Below are positions 15,445-23,827 of a DNA stretch of 32,000 nt, piece after piece (position 1 is the stretch's first letter; every line of letters begins with the position of its first letter). The translations under genes were made by a program, and so were the position numbers. This stretch comes from Patescibacteria group bacterium. Its GTDB lineage: Bacteria; Patescibacteriota; UBA1384; XYA2-FULL-43-10. The stretch is from NCBI GenBank assembly GCA_041674405.1, contig JBAYVT010000004.1, positions 90,001 to 122,000 on the forward strand. The letters are read 5' to 3'. Below the pieces are notes generated by a model. That model saw only the letters and a program-made list of their open reading frames with translations, ran no database searches and had not been told where the DNA came from.

Positions 15445-17004
15445 ATGCCAGAACTTAAGCGTGTGAGCAAGCCTACCAAGGATCAAAAAGCTAAAAATGC
15501 CAAATTTAAGATCTCAATCTCGTATCCGCCTCTTCCTAGTGAGAAAGGCATCCCTCTTCTTACCCAGAATCGCCAATTTCAATGGTTCAACAACCCAACG
15601 TATATCTATCCGATGGTGCCTTCGTATGCAGCCTCACTTCTGGCCGATCAAGGCTATGACGTGCTCTGGGACGATGCCATTGCCGAGGAGCTCACGCCGG
15701 AATCCTGGCTTCTTAGAATCAAGAAATCCAATCCCAACCTGATAGTGTTTGAATCTAAAACCCCGGTAATTAAGCGACACTGGAAACTTATTGAAGTTAT
15801 GAAAAAAGAGCTTCCCAAGGCGACTATCGCCCTGATCGGCGATCATGTGACTGCGATGCCGGAAGAATCGATGAAAAACTCGAAGGTTGATTATGTTCTT
15901 ACGGGCGGAGATTATGATTTTCTGGCATTAAACCTAGCGAATCATCTAAATCATGGTGAGAAACTCGAGGCAGGGATTTGGTACCGTGAAGGGAAAACCA
16001 TTAAAAATACCGGGCATTTTGAGCTTAATCATGATCTTGACGATCTTCCGATGATCGATCGTGATCTCACCAAATGGCAGCTGTACGCTTACAAGAATGG
16101 TAATTACAAAAGAACACCAGGCACATACACATATGCTGCACGTGACTGCTGGTGGGGCAAATGTGCATTTTGTTCCTGGACGACTCTCTATCCGGGTAAG
16201 GATTATCGCAAACATTCGGCCAGGAGGATGCTCGACGAGATCGGCATCTTGATTGAGAAATATCATGTCAAGGAGATCATGGATGATTCGGGCTCTTTTC
16301 CGATCGGCACATGGCTAACGGAGTTCTGCAATGGCATGATCGAGCGTGGCTACAACAAGAAAATCCGTCTTGATATAAATATGAGGCTAAAGGGGCTTAA
16401 ACAAGAAGATTACGATCTTATGGGCAAGGCCGGGATCAGGTTTATCCTGTACGGACTTGAGTCGGCAAACCAGAATACGCTTGATCGAATCCAGAAAAAT
16501 TTGAAGGTAGAGGAAATCGAAAAAGGCGTTAGAATGGCGAAAAAGGGTGGACTGGAGCCTCATATCACTACCATGATGGGTTATCCGTGGGAAACGCGTG
16601 AAGACGCCGAACGAACTGTGGCTCTTGCGAGACATCTATTCAATAAAGGTTATGTTGACACTCTGCAAGCCACTATAGTGATCCCGTATCCAGGCACGCC
16701 ACTCTATCGCGAATGCAAGGAAAACGGCTGGTTGGCGACTGAGGATTGGGATAATTTCGATCAGCGCATGGCGGTGATGAAATCACCCTTGACCGAGAAA
16801 GATATCAAAGAACTGACCCAAGAGCTATATAAGTCATTCATGACTCCCCGGTTTGTCATGCGAAAGATTGCTTCGGTGCGAAGCTGGTCTGATGTTACTT
16901 TCCTTTTCCGTGCTGCTGGCAAGGTAATCGGCCACCTCATTGACTTCTCTCCCAAGAATAAACAAAATTGCGAGTGCGAGGAAAAGGCAGAACACGAAGC
17001 ATAG
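15445..17004 (+). CDS. B12-binding-domain-type radical SAM protein with C-x4-C-x2-C cluster motif
   Basis: 519 aa; N-terminal ISYPPLPSEKG ... PSYAASLLADQGYDVLWDD Rossmann-like part; RDCWWGKCAFCSW; FILYGLESANQNTLDRI; GYPWETREDAERTV. Confidence 0.85.
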   Translation: MPELKRVSKPTKDQKAKNAKFKISISYPPLPSEKGIPLLTQNRQFQWFNNPTYIYPMVPSYAASLLADQGYDVLWDDAIAEELTPESWLLRIKKSNPNLIVFESKTPVIKRHWKLIEVMKKELPKATIALIGDHVTAMPEESMKNSKVDYVLTGGDYDFLALNLANHLNHGEKLEAGIWYREGKTIKNTGHFELNHDLDDLPMIDRDLTKWQLYAYKNGNYKRTPGTYTYAARDCWWGKCAFCSWTTLYPGKDYRKHSARRMLDEIGILIEKYHVKEIMDDSGSFPIGTWLTEFCNGMIERGYNKKIRLDINMRLKGLKQEDYDLMGKAGIRFILYGLESANQNTLDRIQKNLKVEEIEKGVRMAKKGGLEPHITTMMGYPWETREDAERTVALARHLFNKGYVDTLQATIVIPYPGTPLYRECKENGWLATEDWDNFDQRMAVMKSPLTEKDIKELTQELYKSFMTPRFVMRKIASVRSWSDVTFLFRAAGKVIGHLIDFSPKNKQNCECEEKAEHEA

Positions 17005-17016
17005 GCGGTTTGCATT

Positions 17017-17463
17017 ATGATCGTTGATGAAATATTCCATTTTCTAATATCTTCTGCCGCAGGCCTAGCCGTCGGTTATTTTTCTGGCAACTACTGGGCA
17101 GTGCTTTTTGCGCTTATTTCCGGTTTTTTCATAGATGCCGACCATTTAATTGATTATTTTCTGTACACAAAGTTTAAAAAATTCTCTCTGGCCGAATTCA
17201 AATCAGGATTGTTTTTTGATTATGCCGGCAAGGTCTACGTGTTTGCCCATGGTTTCGAGTACGCGATCATCTTTATTGCACTGGGGATCGTTTTTTCCCA
17301 ATACGGCTGGATATTTTACTCGCTCGGGGTATCAAATTTGCTGCATCTTCTGTATGACACGATTTACAATGGGGCTGTTTGGCCGACATATTTTTTAATT
17401 TTTCGCATCGTGCATAATTTCCGCCATAAAGATTTTAATTTCCCTAAATGTTCTGAAAGATGA
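17017..17463 (+). CDS. Membrane-bound metal-dependent hydrolase-like protein (YdjM-like)
   Basis: 148 aa; GFFIDADHLIDYFLY, FAHGFEYAIIF, SNLLHLLYDTIYNG, acidic/His motifs between TM segments. Confidence 0.6.
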   Translation: MIVDEIFHFLISSAAGLAVGYFSGNYWAVLFALISGFFIDADHLIDYFLYTKFKKFSLAEFKSGLFFDYAGKVYVFAHGFEYAIIFIALGIVFSQYGWIFYSLGVSNLLHLLYDTIYNGAVWPTYFLIFRIVHNFRHKDFNFPKCSER

Positions 17464-17513
17464 CAATTCATTGCCTTGCTAATTCAGCATGACCAGACTA
17501 AAATTGGGATGGT

Positions 17514-17542
17514 TTGCGGAAAACTTCTTTTTTAGCTATATG
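17514..17542 (+). promoter_or_regulatory. Candidate promoter TTGCGG-N17-TATATG upstream of DegT operon
   Basis: Spacing 17 bp in the only sizeable gap before the 17580 operon. Confidence 0.35.
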
Positions 17543-17579
17543 TATAAATGCCATTTAATTAAGTTTATCGGATGAAATA

Positions 17580-18689
17580 ATGATTAATGTATCAAAACCG
17601 GTTATCGAGCAAGACGAGATAGATGTGGTCGTGGAAGTCTTAAAGAGCGGAATGATAGTGCAGGGCCCGAAAACGGCGGAGCTTGAGGAAAAGTTTGCAA
17701 AGTACTGCGGGACTAAGTACGCAGTGGCATTCAATAGCGGCACAGCGGCAATCCATGCTGGCCTATATGCAATGGGGATCGGCGAAGAGGATGAGGTAAT
17801 TACGACCCCTTTTACCTTTGTCGCAACCGCTAATCCGATCCTGATGCAGGGCGCAAAAGTGGTTTTCGCCGATATTTCTGAAGATGATTTTAATCTTGAT
17901 CCGGCCGAAGTTGAAAAGAAAATTACCGATACAACTAAGGCAATTATCCCCGTTGATCTCTACGGTCAAGTTTATGATTATGAAAAAATTTCAAAGATAG
18001 CTGAAAAGCATAGCCTCAAGATTTTAGAAGATGCCTGCCAAGCAGTCGGCGCAGAGCAAAATGATAAGCGGGCAGGTAATTTTGGTGATGTGGCGGCCTT
18101 TTCCCTGTATGCTACAAAAAATATGATGTCCGGTGAAGGTGGGCTTATTACTACCAACGATGAAAAGCTGGCTGAAAAGTGCAAGATGTTCAGGCATCAT
18201 GGCCAATCTGAAACATTGAGGTACGAATACGTTGATTTGGGCTACAATTACCGCCTGACGGATATGGCAGCCGCGATTGCTCTAGTCCAGCTTGGCAAAA
18301 TCGATGAATTCAATAAAAGGCGCAATGCGAATGCAACTAGATTGGAAGAAGGGCTCAAAAATATTAAAGGGCTTATTTTGCCCAAGAGAAAAGAAGGAAA
18401 TTTTCACGTTTACCATCAGTTTACAATCAGAATAACCAAGGATTTTGCATTGTCCCGGGATGAACTCATCGAGGAGATGAAAAACCGCGGAGTAGGGGCC
18501 GGAGTGTATTATCCTAAACCTTTGCACCTGCATTCTCATTTCCAAAAGCTTGGCTACAAAGAGGGTGATTTTCCAATAGCAGAAAAGATGTCGAAAGAAG
18601 TTGTGTCTTTGCCGGTCCATCCGTCATTGGCAAATGAAGAAGTCGAGAAAATTATTAAGGCTATAAAGGATATTGCAAATGGAAACTAG
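17580..18689 (+). CDS. DegT/DnrJ/EryC1/StrS-family sugar aminotransferase
   Basis: GTKYAVAFNSGTAAIHAGLYAMGIGEEDEVITTPFTFVATANPIL, ILEDACQAVGAE, GDVAAFSLYATKNMMSGEGGLITTN. Confidence 0.95.
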   Translation: MINVSKPVIEQDEIDVVVEVLKSGMIVQGPKTAELEEKFAKYCGTKYAVAFNSGTAAIHAGLYAMGIGEEDEVITTPFTFVATANPILMQGAKVVFADISEDDFNLDPAEVEKKITDTTKAIIPVDLYGQVYDYEKISKIAEKHSLKILEDACQAVGAEQNDKRAGNFGDVAAFSLYATKNMMSGEGGLITTNDEKLAEKCKMFRHHGQSETLRYEYVDLGYNYRLTDMAAAIALVQLGKIDEFNKRRNANATRLEEGLKNIKGLILPKRKEGNFHVYHQFTIRITKDFALSRDELIEEMKNRGVGAGVYYPKPLHLHSHFQKLGYKEGDFPIAEKMSKEVVSLPVHPSLANEEVEKIIKAIKDIANGN

Positions 18690-18876
18690 GGCAGCTGCTT
18701 GCAAGTATTTAATTTCCGGATGTATCGGGTGCCGAATCTGCATAGAAAATAACCCCAAGATATTTAAGCTAAATAACGAAGGGGAGGCTGAGATAGATTT
18801 GGAAAGGGCAGATAAAAATAGTATCTGTGAGACCGCTAAATTGTGTCCAGTTGGCGCCATTAAAATCATAAATTAG
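18679..18876 (+). CDS. Small 4Fe-4S ferredoxin
   Basis: METRAAACKYLISGCIGCRICIENNPKIFKLNNEGEAEI...CETAKLCPVGAIKIIN: CxxCxxC plus distal CP. Overlaps the aminotransferase 3' end. Confidence 0.85.
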   Translation: METRAAACKYLISGCIGCRICIENNPKIFKLNNEGEAEIDLERADKNSICETAKLCPVGAIKIIN

Positions 18877-18883
18877 GAGGCAA

Positions 18884-19909
18884 ATGCCAAATAAGAAGAA
18901 GCGCAAAGTTGGCTTGATCGGCTGCGGGATGATTTACACCCGCCACATGGAAGCCATTACATCAAATCCTGAAGATTTTGAGCTAGTTGCTCTGTGTGAT
19001 ATAGATGACAAAAAATTAGAAAATCGTGCAACGGAGAATCAAGTTCCCGGATTTACTGACTACAAGAAAATGTTGAAAGATATGAAGGGTAAGATGGATT
19101 TTGTTTCGATTGCTACGCCGAACAGCCTGCATTACGAAATGGCTATCGAAGCTTTATCAAACGGATACGACATCCTAATTGAAAAGCCCATTGATTTTAA
19201 ACACGACAGGGTCCAGGAGATCTCAAAGCTGGCGAAGAAATTAAAAAGGAATGCGTTTGCAGTCCTGCAGGTAAGATATAATCCCACCGTGAATATGGTG
19301 AAAGAAGCCCTGGATAAAGGGTATTTAGGCAATATCAGATCGGTAAGTTTGATTCAGCGTTGGCAGCGCCCGGAAACCTATTTTGATTCTTGGCGGGCTG
19401 ATCTCAAAACAGGTGGACGCACTTTGTACGAAGTAGGAATTCACTACCTAGATATTGTCCAATTGCTCTTTGGTGTGCCTGAAGTAAAAGCTTCTGCTAC
19501 CTTCAACAACAAGCACAAAAATGTAAAATTTGAAGATACGGTCTTTTCAATTTATCAATTTCCGCAAGGCGCGTCTGGTTCTTGCGAGGTGACCATAGCT
19601 TCGGAACCGTCAAATCTTGAGTGTTCGGTCTCGATCATGGGATCCGAGGGATTCATCAAAATCGGAGGGCGTGCCCTCGATGCAATAGACCGGGCAATGT
19701 TCGAAAGCCAAATTTTCGAAAAAAAGTGGGATAATCTTGTCGAAAGATACGGAGAATCATTGGAACCGAATTCTTATGGAACCCATGCTGGTTCTTGTCC
19801 CAACCACCCCACTCTTTATGCGGAAATCGCGAAAGGGAAAGGCATTTCGATAGATGAGGCAATTAATTCTATTAAATTTATCGAGAGAATTTATGGCAAA
19901 GAGGTATAA
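18884..19909 (+). CDS. Gfo/Idh/MocA oxidoreductase, WlbA-like
   Basis: KVGLIGCGMIYTRHMEAI, SIATPNSLHYEMAIEALSNGYDILIEKP, LKTGGRTLYEVGIHYLDIVQLLFG. Confidence 0.88.
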   Translation: MPNKKKRKVGLIGCGMIYTRHMEAITSNPEDFELVALCDIDDKKLENRATENQVPGFTDYKKMLKDMKGKMDFVSIATPNSLHYEMAIEALSNGYDILIEKPIDFKHDRVQEISKLAKKLKRNAFAVLQVRYNPTVNMVKEALDKGYLGNIRSVSLIQRWQRPETYFDSWRADLKTGGRTLYEVGIHYLDIVQLLFGVPEVKASATFNNKHKNVKFEDTVFSIYQFPQGASGSCEVTIASEPSNLECSVSIMGSEGFIKIGGRALDAIDRAMFESQIFEKKWDNLVERYGESLEPNSYGTHAGSCPNHPTLYAEIAKGKGISIDEAINSIKFIERIYGKEV

Positions 19910-19918
19910 GGAGCTATA

Positions 19919-20473
19919 ATGGATTATTTTAAACATGAGACTGCCGATGTTTCAGACAAAGCGAAAATCGGCAAGGGCACGAAAATCTGGAATTGGTGCC
20001 AGGTGAGAGAAAATGCCACAATAGGTGAAAATTGCATTATCGGAAAAAATGCATACGTCGATACGGGTGCTATCGTTGGCAACAATGTAAAAATTCAAAA
20101 TAATGCCTCTGTCTATGACGGCGTGACTTTGGAAGACGGCGTTTTTGTCGGGCCTCATGTTTGTTTTACGAATGATAAGATTCCTCGTGCAATAAATGAA
20201 GACGGATCACTAAAAGGCGGCGCTGAAACCGGCGACTGGGAAATTTCCAAAATTCTTGTAAAGCGGGGTGCTTCCATCGGTGCAAACTCTACAATCTTGC
20301 CCGGAGTGACGATCGGAGAATTTGCGATGGTTGGCGCTGGATCAGTCGTGACCAGGAATGTTCCAGACTATACACTGGTACTCGGCAATCCGGCAAGGGC
20401 GTATGGAATTGTCGACAAGTCTGGCAAAATTGTCAGCAAGGAACTTGTCGATGAACCGGCAAGCGTCAATTAA
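19919..20473 (+). CDS. Left-handed beta-helix N-acetyltransferase (WlbB/WbpD-like)
   Basis: Hexapeptide repeats IGKGTKIWNWCQVRENATIGENCIIGKNAYVDTGAIVGNNVKIQNNASVYDGV..., NDKIPRAIN. Confidence 0.9.
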   Translation: MDYFKHETADVSDKAKIGKGTKIWNWCQVRENATIGENCIIGKNAYVDTGAIVGNNVKIQNNASVYDGVTLEDGVFVGPHVCFTNDKIPRAINEDGSLKGGAETGDWEISKILVKRGASIGANSTILPGVTIGEFAMVGAGSVVTRNVPDYTLVLGNPARAYGIVDKSGKIVSKELVDEPASVN

Positions 20474-20486
20474 ATTGAAGGATTTT

Positions 20487-21341
20487 ATGGAGAAAAAACC
20501 GCTAGTTTCAATCGTTCTATTTACATACAATGTGGAGAGATGGATTGAGAATAATCTCAAATCGATGAATGCCCAGAAATTCAAAGATTTTGAAATTGTC
20601 ATGGTGGACAAATATAGCACCGACAAAACTCAAGAAATTGCCAGAAAGTTTAAAAATGTGAAAATATATAACGCGCCAATCGAGCGTTCGACCCAGGCTA
20701 ATTATGGTGTTAAAAAAGCTCGCGGTAAATATGTGTTTTTGACGGGTGCTGATTTCGAGTATCACCCTCTTTATCTGAAAAAATGCGTCGAGCTGTGCGA
20801 AAAGAAGGGCTATGACGCAGTTTATACATCAGTCGTTACGAAGAACAATACTTTCTTTGGTAGATGCAAGGCTCTTGAGAGGCTTTGCTATGTTGGTGAT
20901 GATGAACATGAGTCGGCGAGATTTGTGAAAAGAGATGTTTTTTTGAAATTAGGTGGCTACGATGAAAATTTAGTTGCGGCCGAGGATTATGATTTTCAAC
21001 GCAGGCTAAACAAACAGGGTTACAAAACTGGCAGGGTAGATGTGATCGCAGAATATCATCTTGGGGAAGAAGAGACTTTGCGCCATATTGTCCGCCGATC
21101 ATTCTACTATGGAAAAACTCTGTATCAATTTCTGCAGAAATATAAGGGATCCAGCGTCGTACAGATGTCACCGGTACGGACAACTTACTTCAAACACTGG
21201 AGAATTTGGCTCAAAGACCCACTCCATACATTAGGTTTTATTTTCTTCAAGATCACCCAATATTTCTTTGGAAGCCTTGGTATGCTGACGGCAATCATTG
21301 TAAATTATAAAGGAATAAATTCCGAGAAGGGGAGCAAGTGA
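20487..21341 (+). CDS. Glycosyltransferase family 2
   Basis: Start MEKKPLVSIVLFTYNVERWIENNLKSM. The ORF track start 20358 lies inside the preceding gene. GADFEYHPLYLKKC, GGYDENLVAAEDYDFQRR. Confidence 0.88.
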   Translation: MEKKPLVSIVLFTYNVERWIENNLKSMNAQKFKDFEIVMVDKYSTDKTQEIARKFKNVKIYNAPIERSTQANYGVKKARGKYVFLTGADFEYHPLYLKKCVELCEKKGYDAVYTSVVTKNNTFFGRCKALERLCYVGDDEHESARFVKRDVFLKLGGYDENLVAAEDYDFQRRLNKQGYKTGRVDVIAEYHLGEEETLRHIVRRSFYYGKTLYQFLQKYKGSSVVQMSPVRTTYFKHWRIWLKDPLHTLGFIFFKITQYFFGSLGMLTAIIVNYKGINSEKGSK

Positions 21342-21724
21342 AAAAAATCAGACATAATATTCTTGATGGTTGGGCTAATCTTTCCGTTTTTATTCGCAAT
21401 AATCTCGTTGGCTTTATTGTATTGATTGCGTTTATGTTTGTTTTTCTTATGCTTAAAAATTACTTTCCGGTACTACAAAATTACATGCGCATAAGATTGA
21501 TTTATGCCTATGTAGGGATGTTAGCTATCTTGATTCTAAATCTGGAAACGAAATTTTTTCTGAAGCTCTCTATTGCATTTTTAGGGCTTGTTGTGCTTGC
21601 CCTGATATTCAATAATACAAACGCAGCCGATCTTATCTCTACTTACTTTCTAATTACCTTTGCACTAGGAATTGTCGCTTCACCAATTCTCCTTGGCCTA
21701 AAAAATAAATGGCTAGGGGTTTAG
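21338..21724 (+). CDS. Small hypothetical membrane protein
   Basis: 128 aa, four or so hydrophobic segments; ATG overlaps the upstream stop region. Confidence 0.65.
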   Translation: MKKIRHNILDGWANLSVFIRNNLVGFIVLIAFMFVFLMLKNYFPVLQNYMRIRLIYAYVGMLAILILNLETKFFLKLSIAFLGLVVLALIFNNTNAADLISTYFLITFALGIVASPILLGLKNKWLGV

Positions 21725-23827
21725 TTTTCTTACTTTATTTAAATAGAAAATTGTTCCCAATAATGCCAGAGCCGAAATTGCGATAGACACATATTGAGTT
21801 CTCTGCAGTTTATATTCAATTGTTACGGTATCAACATTTTTGGATATTGCCCACGAATTGGCAAATCCGTTGTATAGATGATGATCTATCTCCTCTCTGT
21901 CCGAAGTTTTTGCTTTCCAGTTTCCATTAAAATTCTGGTTTAAAATGAGCGTGAAAGGCGCAACTAAGCCTTTCGTATTAATCTTAAATTCCACGGGATT
22001 AATTTCTTCAAAAGAGATCGGAACCAAGCTTCCGTCTTTTTCTACTGAAATAATTTGGCTGTTAGGGTCTGTACCCTTGATCTTATAAATCAAAAGATCG
22101 CCGAATGTTTGTACCAGCTCGAGCTTACCGGAGTTCCTGATGGAATCCGAAATCATCTGGGCATTTTTTTGCACCGGCTCAGCCGTTCTATTGTAGGTGG
22201 AATAATTGTAATCAACCGACTTATCGTATAAAACATATTTAATATTGAACTTATTGGCATATTCAATAAGTTTTTCAGGGTGATCGATGGTATCCATATA
22301 CATTTCATCAATCAATTGGTCTGCTTTGGTTGTCGGGAATGAAGTATATTTAATTGTTCTATTGTTGATAAGCACAAGAGCCGGGTTATCACCGGCGAAA
22401 AATCCGTGTTCCCATTTATGGCCGACAGCATAACCGGTTGGCGGAATTAGCATCACTCTCTCATCTTGGCTGGTGTTAGAACTGAACCAAGAATTGGCAT
22501 CATTCCAATAGCCCGGAATGCTCACGTAATTAGACCGCATAAGCCCCGTATTGGTGTTCCAGATAATTTTTCCAGTAAGAAGTGGAAATGCCACCACCAA
22601 CACCAAACAAAGGCCTAAAGGAGGGATCAGAAAGGCCAGAAGAGGTGCTTTGCGCCTGAAATAGTCAAATAGATATGCAATGCTACAGCCGAAAAGAATG
22701 CTGATAGAAAACAAGTGGATCGGAGTAAATTTGGCCCAGGGTTCGCGGTATATCCAAAGAATTTTGATATGAGTATATAAATAATTGTACATTTCCCCGA
22801 AAGGAGGAGTGGATCCTTTGGCCAAGAACAAGCCGACGAGAGCCATTATTGCAAAAAAACGCACATGTTTATTTTTGTAGTTTAAAAGCAGGGCTAAAAG
22901 TGCGATTGCAGTAATGCCATAGCTTAAAATTAAGAAGAGAGGTTGGTCGAAATTGGTCCAGTATGAGAAATAAAACGACCCGTTATGGTTGTCATACCAT
23001 CCCCATGATCCCAAGAAGCGGAAAAAATTATGGAACTGCCCCGTATCAATTTTTTGAAACGTAAACACACCGCTCACTTGGTTGAACTGAAGGCTATTTA
23101 TGACAAATGGCAGAAACCACCAGACGTTCAGAAGGACCCATATGCCGGCAAAAATTAAAGCATATAATACCGACTGGCGGATTTTTTTTGGGTTGATAGC
23201 GATGAAAAAAATTAAGTAAGCCAAAAGCATGATGGGAATCACGCTTGTGACAGCGAGATTCACATTGGCAGAAATTGATATTAATAATACAAAATTTGCA
23301 TAAATCGCATATTTAACCCTGTTTTTGAGATCATATTGTTCAAGTCCCAGCTTAAAAAACAGAAGAACCAACGGCAAAGCAATCATCATCAGTTTTGTAT
23401 TTGTCTGATAGGCCCCTATCTGAACGACATATAGATTAAATGTGTACAAAAGCCCGGCGAAAAATCCTGCCATTCTTGAATATTTAAAATCTTTAAAAAT
23501 ATTTCTGGCAAACAGGTACATTGCTATACCGGGCATGCCAAAAAGAATGATGATCCAAATCTTTTCAATAAATATCATTGAAAATCCCACCTTCGAGAGA
23601 ATCAACCAGAATGGGAGAAGCGGAAAAAGATATGGCAAATAAATATTCGGCCCACCCATATTAAATGCCTTTGCGTTCCAAGAATAGAAATAATCAGGCA
23701 AGAAGCTTAAGGGGCGGATAATCCAAGACTCGTCACCCCCAGCAATCATAAGGTCTTTTTTGAACCAAAAAAGAGGCAGAAGGCTTAAAACCACTAATAG
23801 TATTAGATATTTATCTAGTTTTTTCAT
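21713..23827 (-). CDS. Large GT-C-like polytopic membrane protein (paralog 1)
   Basis: About 700 aa; many TM segments; NMGGPNIYLPYLFPLLPFW (reads FNMGGPNIYL), FAGLLYTFNLYVVQ; C-terminal NFNGNWKAKT...YNGFANSWAISK. Start reset to MKKLDKYL at 23827. Confidence 0.8.
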   Translation of the reverse strand: MKKLDKYLILLVVLSLLPLFWFKKDLMIAGGDESWIIRPLSFLPDYFYSWNAKAFNMGGPNIYLPYLFPLLPFWLILSKVGFSMIFIEKIWIIILFGMPGIAMYLFARNIFKDFKYSRMAGFFAGLLYTFNLYVVQIGAYQTNTKLMMIALPLVLLFFKLGLEQYDLKNRVKYAIYANFVLLISISANVNLAVTSVIPIMLLAYLIFFIAINPKKIRQSVLYALIFAGIWVLLNVWWFLPFVINSLQFNQVSGVFTFQKIDTGQFHNFFRFLGSWGWYDNHNGSFYFSYWTNFDQPLFLILSYGITAIALLALLLNYKNKHVRFFAIMALVGLFLAKGSTPPFGEMYNYLYTHIKILWIYREPWAKFTPIHLFSISILFGCSIAYLFDYFRRKAPLLAFLIPPLGLCLVLVVAFPLLTGKIIWNTNTGLMRSNYVSIPGYWNDANSWFSSNTSQDERVMLIPPTGYAVGHKWEHGFFAGDNPALVLINNRTIKYTSFPTTKADQLIDEMYMDTIDHPEKLIEYANKFNIKYVLYDKSVDYNYSTYNRTAEPVQKNAQMISDSIRNSGKLELVQTFGDLLIYKIKGTDPNSQIISVEKDGSLVPISFEEINPVEFKINTKGLVAPFTLILNQNFNGNWKAKTSDREEIDHHLYNGFANSWAISKNVDTVTIEYKLQRTQYVSIAISALALLGTIFYLNKVRKLNP

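Noticed and set aside
18679-18876. Missing fourth Cys in the first ferredoxin motif (CIGCRICIENNP) as a sign of decay
   Set aside because: Single-cluster 4Fe-4S ferredoxins use the distal Cys-Pro as fourth ligand, which is present (LCPVGAI).
21713-21724. 12-nt overlap of convergent genes (also 17 nt at 29400-29416)
   Set aside because: Short 3' overlaps are ordinary in compact genomes.
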